From positions 1,488,001-1,552,000 of the forward strand of contig NW_027117346.1 in NCBI RefSeq assembly GCF_038025025.1: a stretch of DNA of 64,000 bases, in the 5' to 3' direction. Below, piece after piece: positions 25,525 through 37,493 of this stretch. The position numbers and the translations under genes are program-made. Below the pieces are notes generated by a model. The model searched no databases, was not told where the DNA came from, and saw only the letters and a program-made list of their open reading frames with translations. How positions within the stretch are numbered: position 1 is the stretch's first letter; every line of letters starts with the position of its first letter. The stretch comes from Phyllosticta citribraziliensis. Taxonomy: Eukaryota.

Positions 25525-25657
25525 CGGTGGTGTTGAAAGAGATGAGACTAGCTACAGCAGTGAACGACTGCTCCCTCAGCGTGGCTGTAGTAGCAAATGA
25601 ATGCTCCCGAAGTGCACTCGTACTGCCAAAAGGTCTCTTTTCTTTCGACACCTACTG
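25525..25657 (+). mobile_element. MITE-like element, copy 4
   Basis: CGGTGGTGTTGAAAGAGATGAGAC ... GTCTCTTTTCTTTCGACACCTACTG, with flanks TGGTGTCA / TGGTGTGG (6/8 match, degenerate TSD). Confidence 0.8.
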
Positions 25658-26489
25658 TGGTGTGGTTGAACTAATTGGCAGGTTAATGGAGCCGCCAGTT
25701 CCGCTGTGCGGCAAGTCGCAGCTCGCAACCTCCTCCATTCTATCATGATGAGTGGGGCCGGATCGCTTCTCCGAGTCCAACTCTTAATTCTGGTGATAGC
25801 GTCCTCAAGATTTGTGCGTGTATTGGCTTGGCCTTCAGTGCAGCAGTAACAACATGTTTGATTTGGAGAATAAAGTATCCTGTCGTCCAAATAGGCGACA
25901 GGCTTGCATAACGCCTGCACAACTCAACTAGAATTCCCCAGGAAGCCATTGCCGCCTGGAAACCACTGAGGAGCGATGGTATTTGCTGTCGACAATGAAC
26001 CTTCAATTTCATCGGTGAGAATCATACCCAAAGGTCGTGACCCACCTATTCGGATGCTCTGCAGACGTCGGATGAGAGGCAGTCAACGACGGATATGGGA
26101 CCAAGACGCAACTGGGATCAAGCTTAAAGCATTCAAGCAATTGCCGGGAAACAGTCGAATGCGGAGGTGTTTGAGTTGCGCACCTTACCCATTTGTTCGA
26201 TGGCGGCGCTTCTTCCCCACAGCCTTCCTTGTACGCTGCCATCGCCGAGCCCGCTTCCGTTGCGCCGCTAGCATGAAATCCATCCTACGATTCCCCGTGA
26301 GGCCTCGGCCGCGGCTCTGTATTTGCTGTCGTCGGGCTACTTCGGCGTCCGTGTTCATTTCAGTAGCTATAAGATAAATGGCGGGATGCGTCTTGAGTAT
26401 GAAAGCGTACGTCCTGGACGGAGGGATTCCAGACTTCTTTCCTGGCGTGTCGTCCCTTTGATAAATCTTGCCAGATTTACTTGTCCGTC

Positions 26490-27328
26490 ATGTCTTCAAA
26501 AAAGCCCGTCCTCGTCTTTGCACCCGCCGCCTGGCACGGTCCAGACTGCTTCGAATCCACCATTGACCATCTCTCCAAGGCCGGCTACACCTGCGTCAGC
26601 TGCAACTTGCCTAGCTTGGGCGCCAAGCCACCGCTGGAGAGTTGGGATCCAGACGTCGCTGCGATTCGCAAAACAGTGAAGGAGGTGATTGACACGGGGC
26701 GCGACGCTGTTGTCATTTTCCACTCGTATTCTGGGCTTCCCGGTGGAGAGGCGATGGAGGGTCTGGATCGCACCTCACGCGCGCAAGCTGGGCTCAAGGG
26801 AGCAGTCGTCCGGCTGGTGTACCTGGCTGCATTTTTCGCGGAGACAGGTATGGCGTTGATTGACTATTTGGGCGGTCAAGATCTCCAATGGTTCGACGTC
26901 CAAGTAAGCCGGGCCCCGTCCGTCCGCTATGTCTTGCTCTTGCTGATGTTGCCACTTAGGACAAGAAAGTGAGGCCTCGGAATGCCCAGGAAATCTTTTA
27001 TAACGACCTCTCCCCTGTTGATGCGGACAAATGGGCGGCCAAAATCCCCCACCACTGCTATCGCACCTTTTACTCCAGGGTGACGTATCCGGCTTTCAAA
27101 AACGTGCCGAGCACTTATCTGGTATGCGAAGCAGACAATGCTATTCCGTTGGAGGCGCAGGAGTCGATGCTGGAGAAAGTTGGGCAGGGCAGGTTCGATA
27201 TCGAGAGATGCGGCGCTGGTCACAGTCCATTCTTGAGCATGCCAAGATTGACCTCAGAGGTCATTCGGAGAGCAGCAGGCGAGGTAATCTTGGACGGTAA
27301 CACGAGGAAGGACAGCGTTAATTTGTGA
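26490..27328 (+). CDS. Alpha/beta hydrolase (Abhydrolase_6 / methylesterase-like)
   Basis: Exons 26490-26903 and 26960-27328. Motifs VFAPAAWH, nucleophile elbow HSYSG, acid CEADNAIP and catalytic His GAGHSPFLS. Confidence 0.92.
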
Positions 27329-27741
27329 GCTGTGTTGTACGCTTGTCGGGGTGGATCTGTAAATTTGAAATTGAAGATAGCTTCGAAACGAAGTCAGACG
27401 CGGAATAGCGCAAATGAAAAGAAACAAGAAACATCACGAAAGGTGAGCAGCTGGCCAGGCGCGCAAGATAGCCTACGGTAGCTGGCAGATCGGCATGTTT
27501 GAAGATGAGGTGATGACAAAAGAAGGTGGTGAGCGGATCATCGGCGCAACTTGGCCGCCATACCCAAAAGGTCAACGCATCTTTTCGTCATTGCCAGAGC
27601 ATCTCAAAGCTTCGCATCGCAAACACAACACAACTACACTACCAACACTCTAGCACCAGCCTCCTCTACGAACGCCTTCTCGCGCCACCGACCGCATTGC
27701 CCTTCGCACACGAGACCGGCACCTCCCCACACACGCCCATC

Positions 27742-28121
27742 ATGGATAGCATCGGCGGCAGCGAAGTCGCGTCCAAGCTGAACAACCTCTCGCCGGGAGA
27801 GATGAAGGAGCTGCAGCAATTCGTCGAAGCTGAGTCGCAAAAGGCACGCATGCAGTCGAGTACGTTTTCCCATGGCCCCTCCCGCTGTGCCTCGCGGACA
27901 GAGCTGCAATTGTGCGATCCAGAGAAACAACCGCTGACTGCCGTTTGTGTGCCTTAGCTGTGCACGAGCTCACCAACGTTTGCTTCCGCAAGTGCATTAC
28001 CAGCAAGATTTCGTCGGGAAAGCTCGACAAGTACGAGGAGCCCTGCATGCAAAACTGTGTGGATCGCTGGATCGACGCCAACCAGACCATCATCAAGTCG
28101 CTGGAGAATTTGAAGCACTAG
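27742..28121 (+). CDS. TIM8: Mitochondrial small Tim chaperone Tim8
   Basis: Intron 27860-27957. ELQQFVEAESQKARMQ...VHELTNVCFRKCI...KLDKYEEPCMQNCVDRW, twin CX3C motif. Confidence 0.93.
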
Positions 28122-28516
28122 GTTGAAGATCGCGGACTATATGAGCAAGAGCTGGTTGGAAAGCTGGTCTACATGGACACGAAGAAAGCAAAAGACCGTC
28201 GTTGGAGGGAGAGCATAGAGTGGACATGGTAAAAAGCACGGCGCGGCGCCATGTACGATAGGCACATCAAGGCTGGAGATCCCAACTCCCCGAGAATTCC
28301 ACAAAAATCACAATTCAAAAGGCAATGTGCTTCATTGGCAAAGCTGAAGCGGGTATCGAAATCTTTTTGTTTCCCGTCATGACAGTAGATTGGCTGTTCC
28401 GAGCGCTATCCACGAATAACCCAGAGGACCGATTTTTCCCGGCGGCGCGCAAAGCCTGTGACAGCCGCTAAAACTCCTGCCCTGTCCTAATTCATGCCCA
28501 TAGTTCAAAGACTCGC

Positions 28517-29188
28517 TTAAACAATGTTGAGCTTGGAGGCGGCAATGTCGAGAGCGTCAGCGTCAGGGGTGAGGCGGACGAAAGCCTTCTTCCTGCCGTC
28601 GGGGCTGGAAATTGTCAGTATGCGCCGCACAAAGACCGCAAATTTGAGCATACCGGATCAGGGTGTTGATCTTGACGGTGTCGACGTCGTAGAGCTTCTT
28701 GAGAGCCTCCTTGATTTGGCGCTTGTTGGCCTTGGTGTCGACGATGAAGACGAGGGTGTTGTTCTCCTCAATCTTCTTCATGGCGCTCTCGGTGTTGAGC
28801 GGGTGGATGATGACCTTGGAGGCATCGAGGCGGGGCTCGTGGGGAACGCTCTTGCGGGCGTACTTGGGCGAGCGCGAGAGCTGGAGCGTCTTGGGGCGGT
28901 GGAAGGACGTGCTAAGGCGAACCTTGCGGACCTTGTGCGAGTTGACCTAGAAAACCAGGCCGTGAGCGATTGGTGCTCACACGCCACTTGAAAGTGTCCT
29001 TACGCCGCGAAGAGTAGCCTTGGCCGCGGCAGAGGCCTTAGCGGAAGGCTTGGAGGCTGCAAAATGTTAGCATTTGGTCTGAATCTCTGGTGTCGCGACT
29101 GGTTTTGGCGGAACTTCGCGTTCGCGACATGAACGCAGTCGACGCGGAGAGTTTGATACTCACGCTTCTTGTTGTCCTTGGGGGCCAT
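28517..29188 (-). CDS. RPL25: 60S ribosomal protein uL23 (L25/L23a)
   Basis: Exons 29188-29164, 29056-29004, 28946-28654 and 28604-28517. Motifs TFHRPKTL...PKYARKS...[48 protein letters not shown]. Confidence 0.97.
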
Positions 29189-29382
29189 TGCTACTGTCGT
29201 TGTCCGGGAGGAGAGTCGTCGGTGATAGAGCAAAGGGTGGTGAGCGAAATCGAAGTTTGAGTGCCGCGCAGACTCGCTTGCCGTTCCCGAAGCGGCTTAG
29301 TCTGCCAAGACCGAAGCAACGCCCTGCGAGCGCCTCCCCCATCACCTTTCACAATTCTACATCCAAGATGCCGTGAACACCA

Positions 29383-30294
29383 ATGGTTGCGTCCAAGCGC
29401 AAGGTCAAGGGCCGCACGCCAGGCCTTCTCTCGCACACTCGCTCGCCGCATCTCGTCACCAACAAGTCCAAGCCAGGCCTATCTGCGAAAACGACCGCCT
29501 CCATTATCCGAACGCACCACCAACTGCAAAAGGCACATGCGCAGGCCGTAAAATCGGGCGACCAGGCCAAGGCGGCCGAGATCCAAAAGCAGATTGAAGC
29601 CAATGGAGGATTGAAAAAATATCAAGTGGCCAGCATAACGGGGCAGAGCGCAGAGCGCGGCGGCGACAGCAGTCGGGTTCTGGTAGATTGGCTCGAAGAG
29701 CTACGACTCCCCGGCGCAAAAAAGGGCAAAGGCGCAGATGACGGCGATCAGTCTGTGTCGCGATGTGTGTACGACCTCCTTGAAGTCGGCGCCCTCTCGA
29801 CGACAAACGCCTGCTCCCAGCGGCGCTACCTCTCCGTCACGCGCATCGACCTAAACTCGCAGAGCCCGGGCATCCAGCAGCAGGACTTCATGGCCAGGCC
29901 GCTGCCAAAGAGCGATGACGACCGTTTCGACATCATCTCGCTGTCGCTCGTGCTGAACTATGTCCCGGACGCCGAGGGCCGCGGTGAGATGCTCAAGCGG
30001 ACGTGCCAGTTTCTTCGCGCCACAGCAGAGGACGCCAGCGAGCGTCCAACGCCGTGCCTCTTTTTCGTGCTGCCCGCGCCATGCTTGACCAATTCGCGGT
30101 ACCTCGACCGCCCGCGCCTCGCGCGCATCATGGAGAGCCTGGGCTACGTGCTGCTGCGGGACAAGGTGACGTCCAAGCTGGTATACCAGCTGTGGAAATG
30201 GACAGGCAAGCCGCAGGGCAAGCCGCAAAAGTTTGCAAAAGTTGAGGTCAACCCGGGGCCTAAGAGGAACAACTTTTGCGTCGTGCTCAAATGA
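29383..30294 (+). CDS. BMT2: 25S rRNA adenine-N1 methyltransferase Bmt2-like
   Basis: GGLKKYQ.AS..GQ...RGGDSS, LLEVGALS, RIDLNSQ..GI.QQDF, ISLSLVLNYVP...RGEML, RNNFCVVL. Confidence 0.93.
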   Translation: MVASKRKVKGRTPGLLSHTRSPHLVTNKSKPGLSAKTTASIIRTHHQLQKAHAQAVKSGDQAKAAEIQKQIEANGGLKKYQVASITGQSAERGGDSSRVLVDWLEELRLPGAKKGKGADDGDQSVSRCVYDLLEVGALSTTNACSQRRYLSVTRIDLNSQSPGIQQQDFMARPLPKSDDDRFDIISLSLVLNYVPDAEGRGEMLKRTCQFLRATAEDASERPTPCLFFVLPAPCLTNSRYLDRPRLARIMESLGYVLLRDKVTSKLVYQLWKWTGKPQGKPQKFAKVEVNPGPKRNNFCVVLK

Positions 30295-31092
30295 GGCGGA
30301 ATTAGAAGTCGTAGCATCTGTAGCATAGCCAGCGCAAATGCATGCTCTGTCAAGCTAAGATTAAGAAACACCATATGTTCGTGAAAGATTGCAATCTTTG
30401 GACGCCAGTGACCATCTCCATTGCTTCCTTCAATCCTATCACCAAACTCAATCCTCGTCGGTAGATCCACAGAACAGCACAGACGGCCGTTACCAAAATT
30501 TCCCCTAGCCGCCGCTCTCCACGCCGCACCAAACGCAGCGCGCCCCGTGCCCCGCCTCGCCTCACAGTGGAGACGGGCGCAGACGGCGGAGAGCAGCCGA
30601 CCTCACGCGATCCATCAATCAGGGCAGACTGATGATTGATTGATTGATAATTTCTGCATCGGGAGTCTAGACGCCGCTGAGGAGCGCAGGGGGCGGAGAT
30701 GGGGACGATAAGGAGGGCGAAGATGACGGGACTGAGTTTTTCTTGGTGGATGGAGTGGGTTCTAAGGGGCCTGGCGGCTGGGGCGCGTACGTTTCTGTTA
30801 CGTAGTTTGGCATGCGGGGGGGGGGGAGCAATTGTGCTGTGTTTCTATTTTGTGTGAGAAATGGTGGTATGTAGGCAGTCGGCAGGTATATTTGTTTTGA
30901 TAGAAAGCCATCCTCCAGCGCCGGGCAATGCGGGTGACGAGTGACAGAACGTATGTAGGTAGGTGTTGAGAACACACACAGAGGTAGACGGCAGCAGTAG
31001 ATACAAAAAAAAGTAGCCAAAAAGGTAGTTCCACAAAAGAGAGAAAGCTTGGAGAATATAGAACAGGAAACAAAGCGCCTCGACTCGACTCA

Positions 31093-33220
31093 TCAACCCA
31101 TATTCATAATGACTTCTTTCGGCAAGCACGCAAACACGGTGCTCACGAGCGCCATGATGGAACTGACGATAATCAGCACCCACGTCCCCCAGCGCTCGAA
31201 GCTGCCAATCTCTTTGCCAAAAAGCTGCAGATGGAACGCTAGGGGCAAGATGATGCAAATGGTGAAGCAAGCAACGGCGCCCAGCAGCGCCATGATGCGA
31301 TCGAATGCCGGAAAGACGATGGCAATGGCGACGAACGCGACGGTAGTGCCGAGGCGGACGGCCAGCTTTTGGATGCCGCGGTTGAGGCCGCTGGCGCCTA
31401 CGAGGGCGTTCGTTGCGGGAAGCGATCGCGGGTCGAGGCCGAGGAATAGCTCGACGGTCGAGATGATGGGGCGCGCGTTGAGCGGGATCTTGGTCAACGG
31501 GATGATGGCGATTCCGGCGACGATGAGGACCGACAGCGCGCGCGGATAGCCCGGTGTTGTGAGGATGTTGGATGTGATTTCGTCACTCACCGCGTCGCCG
31601 AACATGAGGAGACCCACGACGGCCATGGAAAGGTCTAGCAGGAAAGTGAAGATGTAGGTGATGTTGACGCCGCGCTGGTACTTGTATGGGTGCCGCATGT
31701 CCCTCATAATGTTCGGGAAGACGGAATGCCCGCCCCAGGGTGACATGAGTAGTCCGAAGCTGAGTGGTACTGTTGTCCAGCGCTCGGGAAAAAGGTATGT
31801 TTTTGCAGGTTCTTGCAGAGACCCCGGCTGGTGTGGTTTGATGGCGCCGTCGACAAAGACCATGAGGACAACTGGGCTGATCAGCAACTATTGAGACGGG
31901 TAAATGCAGATAGGAAAGGGGGCAGTCAGCGGCTTTGGAGATCAACTTACTTCCCAGACAGCACAGTATACCCAGGACGCTGGTGAAGCTGAGCAAACGC
32001 AGAGGCAAGAAGCCAAGGGGTATCAAGATAATGCCGCAGACGATTTTCCACGCAATGACGCCAATGTCGGGAAATAGCCCGTTCAGGGTATCCGCGAACA
32101 AGACAACCAACGCAACGCACGTCGCTACGAGCTCGAGCGTGAATAGGATGCTGACTGCAACTCTTGCGCGCTGACCAAACGAGACGTACGCCAAGTCTGC
32201 AAACGTAATCAAGGAACTGTCTACATCTAGACATTTGGCCAAAAGCTTGGCCGTGTAAGAGGTGGTGACGGCCGAAAAGACGAAAAAGACAAGGCCAATG
32301 ACCCAGCCTGAATATTTGAGGGCCAGTGGCAGACTGAGTAGGCCAACGCCAATGAGAACATTGACGGAGTTGAAAATGGTTTGCGGCAGCGTCGACTGCC
32401 CAACCACGACGTTGATGATTTGGCCGTCTTCTTCAACCTGCTTGACGAGCAGCGGCTCGCGATCCTGGTCGGGCTGGCTGGCACCCTTGGCTTGCTGCTC
32501 TTGAAATAGTCGGCCCGCATGGCGCATCGAAGGTTCATTGAGGCGGTCCCTCAGGCCGCTGCTGAAACTGGTGCCATAGCTGCCGCCGAAAGGGGAAGAC
32601 AGCGAAGGCTCAATGGTAAAGATGTTGTCGTCGCGCAGCGAGCCGGTCCGCGAGGCATTAAGGCGGTCCTGGGGGGTTGAGGCGGTCGTAATGATGCTGG
32701 GGAAATGCGAGTCGTCGACGCCGGGGTCGTCTTCGGTCACAAGGGCATGATCGGGAGACCGTTGCGACTCATTCTCAAAAGCGGCGCGGAGCAACGACCG
32801 GCGCTCTCCTGGGGAGGCTTCGACGTCGCCATGTCTCTCCTGGCCGACTTCATCGCCCTGCTCGGAAAAGCGAAATGTGTGCTGGACCGGGGTAACTTCG
32901 TAGAAACCGGCGGCTCGCTGCCAGGAGCGGGCGAAATTGTCCAAGCTGTTGACTCCACCGGCGGCGCGGATCGAGTTGAAGCGCATTGATAGGGAGGATC
33001 TGGCGGAATGAGCGCGGATTTCATGCAACGAAGACCAAGATAACGACTACCTTCGCTCCCTCAACTGATGGTCTTCGAGGCCATTGTTTTCACGGCTGCG
33101 GCCTTGACGGACCGGCTCCTCGTCCCACTGGATGCGACTGCTGGCCGTGGAGCCAAAGGATCCGGCGCGGACTCCGTCATACTCGTCCCAGGTGGAAGGC
33201 TGCTTGCGGGGGACGTCCAT
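31093..33220 (-). CDS. Vacuolar amino-acid transporter (Aa_trans, Avt1-like)
   Basis: Short first exon from ATG 33220, then spliced ORFs 33028-31950 and 31887-31093. Motifs GGVNSLDNFARSWQRA, GQSTLPQTIFNSVNVLIGVGLLSLP, PWGGHSVFPNI.RDMRHP, plus about 11 hydrophobic segments. Confidence 0.93.
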
Positions 33221-34047
33221 GAGAAACAACGACTGGCAGGGAGAAAGGAAAGACGCGCAGGAGAGAAGAGCAGGAGCAGTTGTATAAAAGCTGCCGGGGT
33301 GGTGGGCCGGCGTTGGGCGATAACTAGCTTGGTTTATCTGGTGGAGCTAATGTTTGACACGCGCGAATTAGACGACGTTGGCGGCGGCGGGAATTATATA
33401 GAGAACTGAAGTATAGATTGGAAAGATGGTTATCGACGAGCAAAGAAGGATGCGCCGCGAGCATGCACTCCACAGCATTGATCGGAGCCGCGTCCACGGG
33501 AGACGGCTGTGATGCGCCAAGGCGCGGGCTTCAGGGATGCGGGGGCAAAATTTTTTGTGCAGGTGGCCAGGCGTGCAGGAAGGACGAGAGCCGAAATGTT
33601 TTTTTGTTTTTGGTCTGATCCGACCTGGTTGCTCGGATTCGGGCTGCTGTGGCCGTGGTGTTTGGATTGGATTGGATCGCTGCACTGGCGAGTGGTGGCG
33701 GCGGCCAACGTCTTGGGCACTGGTCGCTTACCCGTCGACTCTCGTGCCTGTGGGAGTCCAGTCGGTGGATCCGCATGACGCCCGCTGGAGCACAACAAGC
33801 GACGCAATAATAGCAGAACAGAGCCCAAAGCACCAAGTTTTGTCCCCTCGTCCCCATTGTCCGTCCCCCAACCGTCCTCTCCCTTCCTCCACCACCTCTC
33901 CCCCCATCTCTCGACGCACAGCTCCCCCCGCAGTCGTCGAGCCCCGTCGCTGGCCTTTTTCGCTCCAGCACCAGCGCATCCGTGTGCCCACCGCGCTGCA
34001 AAACTCGCCTCTGCTCGACCCCGCCGTCCTTCGGCACCACCGCCATC

Positions 34048-35480
34048 ATGAGCTCCCAGCAGCAGCAGGCCAACGACGCCGAGAAGAACATTGAGATATG
34101 GAAGGTCAAGAAGCTCATCAAACGCCTCGAAGCCGCCCGTGGCAACGGCACCAGCATGATTTCGCTCATCATCCGTGAGTCGCTCTCGCTCTCGCCCACG
34201 CCTCGCGCTGCCTGGCTCCCACACAAGTGCTGACTGTAGCTCGCAGCCCCCAAGGACCAGATTTCGCGCATCTCCAAAATGTTGGCTGAAGAATACGTGC
34301 GTCGGCGCCCACACTAACTGCCTGTGCTCCCGCTGAAAGTCTTTAGGGTACCGCCTCCAACATCAAATCGCGCGTCAACCGTCTCTCCGTCCTTTCCGCC
34401 ATTACCTCGACCCAACAGCGCCTGAAGCTTTACTCCAAAGTCCCGCCGAATGGCCTCGTTGTCTACTGTGGTGAAATCATCACCCAGGAGGGCAAGGAGC
34501 GCAAGATCAACATCGACTTTGAGCCGTTCAAGCCAATCAACACCTCGCTCTACCTCTGCGACAACAAGTTCCACACCGAGGCCCTGAGCGAGCTGCTCGA
34601 GTCGGACCAAAAGTTTGGCTTCATCATCATGGACGGTAACGGAGCTCTGTTTGGTACTCTGAGCGGCAACACTCGCGAGGTCATCCAAAAGTTCTCGGTC
34701 GACCTGCCCAAGAAGCACGGCCGTGGTGGTCAGTCTGCGCTGCGTTTCGCACGTCTGCGTGAGGAAAAGCGTCACAACTACGTCCGCAAGGTGGCCGAGT
34801 TGGCCGTCCAAAACTTCATCACCAACGACAAGGTCAACGTGGCTGGTCTGATTCTGGCTGGTTCCGCCGACTTCAAGAACGACTTGAACCAGTCCGACCT
34901 GTTCGATGGGCGCCTGCAGGCCAAGGTCATCAAGGTCGTCGACGTCTCGTATGGCGGAGAGAACGGGTTCAACCAGGCCATCGAACTGGCTTCCGAGACT
35001 CTGAGCAACGTCAAGTTTATCCAGGAGAAGAAGCTCATCAACAAGTACTTTGAGGAGATTTCCCAAGACAGCGGCAAGGTCTGCTACGGCATCGAAGATA
35101 CGCTCAAGGCTCTCGAGCTCGGTGCGGCCGAGATTCTGATCGTCTACGAGAACTTGGAAATCACGCGCTGGACCTTGAAGAGCTCCGAGGGCGCCGAGGT
35201 TATTCTTCACACCAACAAAACGCAGGAGGAAGACCGTAGCCTCTTCATGGACAAGTTGACTGGCCAAGAGATGGAGATTGTCGACCAGCAGTCCTTCCTC
35301 GAGTGGCTCGCCGAAAAGTACAGCGACTTTGGTGCTACCCTCGAGTTCGTCTCGGACCGCTCCTCCGAGGGCAACCAGTTTGTCAAGGGCTTTGGTGGAA
35401 TCGGTGCCATTCTGCGCTACAAGGTCAACTTTGAACAGCTCGCCGATTACAGTGACGATGACGAATTCTACGATGATTGA
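34048..35480 (+). CDS. SUP45: Eukaryotic peptide chain release factor 1
   Basis: Exons 34048-34174, 34247-34296 and 34347-35480. Motifs [23 protein letters not shown] and GRGGQS. Confidence 0.99.
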
Positions 35481-35653
35481 CGGTTTGGTACCCTCGCAGT
35501 GAGCGAGGAAGCTCTCCCAGAGAAGGCTACTCCCGGCACTCTGACGGCTCTTCCTCGCGTCGAGCGTCGCGTTGGCGCTCAGGAGCTGGAGAATGGTGTC
35601 GCACCGTTCCCATGCCGCTCCATGTTGTAGGGAGTCGAGAAACAAAGACCTCG

Positions 35654-35697
35654 GTGAGTATTGGAAACACGTGCTCCAGGCGTAGCTAATTCGCCAG
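35654..35697 (+). other. Predicted 44-nt intron in the eRF1 3'UTR
   Basis: GTGAGT donor (35654), GCTAAT branch (35685-35690) and CAG acceptor (35695-35697); size is typical of introns in this window. Confidence 0.75.
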
Positions 35698-36129
35698 AAT
35701 GCTCGAGAAAGCATCAGATGAACTAGTCTGGACGGTACTTGCTCGGACTCGTGATACCCACGGCACGGCTTGGAGCCGGGAGCGCGCAGGGCGTCCTCGC
35801 TCCAAGACGAAAAGAAGCGGGCAGGTGGCGGTTACACTTTCAATGTAGCAGCAGAGGTCTTTTTTTGATTACCTCGAATTGATTTCAGATTGTCAAGTAG
35901 TGATCCAGTGGGTCAGCAATAAAGAAGTGGTTTCCTTGCCTATGTACCCGCCAGCACCTTGAGATTTTGCCCACCGCAGTCTGCCTCACCGCTCGGCCCG
36001 ATGCGTTTAGCGCCTCGGGCATTTTTACACGGTCATCGGTCTTCAAAGACGTCGATAAAAGGCACTCCAAGCGGCTACCATGATATCAGGGTCAAATTGA
36101 CTTTTTGACTCTCCTTTACAACGGTCATC

Positions 36130-37273
36130 ATGACTCAAGAAACCGTCGCCTTCCTGGGGCCCAGGGCTTCGTATACACACCAGGTATTAGCTTTTTGTAT
36201 TGTCATTTTCACGTACCCTTTCGCTAGCGCTCCACAAGCATGGCCTGTCTCTTTATCAACTGTCCCCGATCTCGCAGCACTAAGGATTTCAGGCAGCGCT
36301 CGATTCGTTTGACGAGCAAAAGTACAAGTTGCGGCCGGTGGTCAACATCGAAGACGTCTTTGCGGCCGTCCAACACGACGAGGCCTCATATGGAGTCGTG
36401 CCGGTGGAAAACTCGTCCAACGGGGCCGTCATCTTCACGCTGGATCTCTTTGCCGACTTGAAAGACCGATATCCAGATATTTTGATTTGCGGCGAAGCCT
36501 ACGTCCGCATCCAACATTGTCTGCTTGGCCGAGCACCGCCCAAGTCACCATTTGCCAGCGATGTCCTCTCTTCTCCAAGCGATTCTGGCGCCGCAACTCC
36601 CACGCTGGACTCTCCGGATCCCGCAAAGCCGCAAACCAAGCCGTTGGTCAACATCAGTCACGTGAAGAAGCTGTACTCGCACCCTCAAGCGTGGGGCCAA
36701 TGCAAAAACTTCCTCAACACGTATCTCAAGGGTATCGAGAGGCAGGACTGCTCGTCGACGTCGCGGGCTGCGGAGGAAGCCGCAAAGGACGAGACGGGAC
36801 GCAGCGCGGCCATTTCGAGTGCCACGGCGGCCAAATTGCACGGGCTTGACTTTTTAGCCCAAGGAATTAACGACTTTGACGACAACACGACGCGCTTCTT
36901 TGTACTGCGGCGGCGAAGCTCGTCCGAAATGGAGACGCTTGCCGACTCCTTCTCCCCGCGAGACTTTGCTGCAGGCGCATCGGACGACGACATGGACAGC
37001 TACAAGTCGCTCGTCTCGTTCACGGTTGAAGAACACAACCCAGGCGCTCTGGCCGACTCTCTCGGCGTCTTCAAGCCGTATAGACTCAACCTCACCAGTG
37101 TCAATACCAGGCCGAGCGGCGTGGAGAAGTGGAACTACATTTTCTTCGTCGAGTTCCGTGGCAGGCGGCTCGAAGGCACGCGCGGGGCTGTCAACAGCGC
37201 GCTGAGGGATCTGGGCAAGGTGGCCAAGAGCTGGAGATGGCTGGGTAGCTGGCAGAGCAAGCCAAGCGCGTGA
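36130..37273 (+). CDS. PHA2: Prephenate dehydratase
   Basis: Exons 36130-36183 (VAFLGPRASYTHQ) and 36293-37273. Motifs YGVVPVENSSNG, LYSHPQAWGQC, NTTRFFVL and ACT-domain NLTSVNTRPS. Confidence 0.96.
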
Positions 37274-37493
37274 TGGCACAAAAGCATTTCCTGATGAACA
37301 TACTGGATTGCCGCTTTGGGCACCGCACGCGGGGACGGACGGGGATAGACGGGAATAACGCAGGGCAATGTTGCCGCGACCTCGGGTTCCTGCACTTCGA
37401 CTCATCACCACCGCTATGTAGACCCTCCACTTCTGCTCTGCCTCTGGCAGTCAATCCAAACCAAAGCAAACCAATTCCACGCCATTTCCAGCC

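Noticed and set aside
29057..29163. Long RPL25 intron checked for an intronic snoRNA
   Set aside because: No RUGAUGA/CUGA box pair or H/ACA pattern found.
34314..35714. 466-aa antisense ORF over eRF1 (similar shadows over H2A.Z 50666-51877, GH3 and RPL25)
   Set aside because: Expected antisense shadow of strongly biased codon usage.
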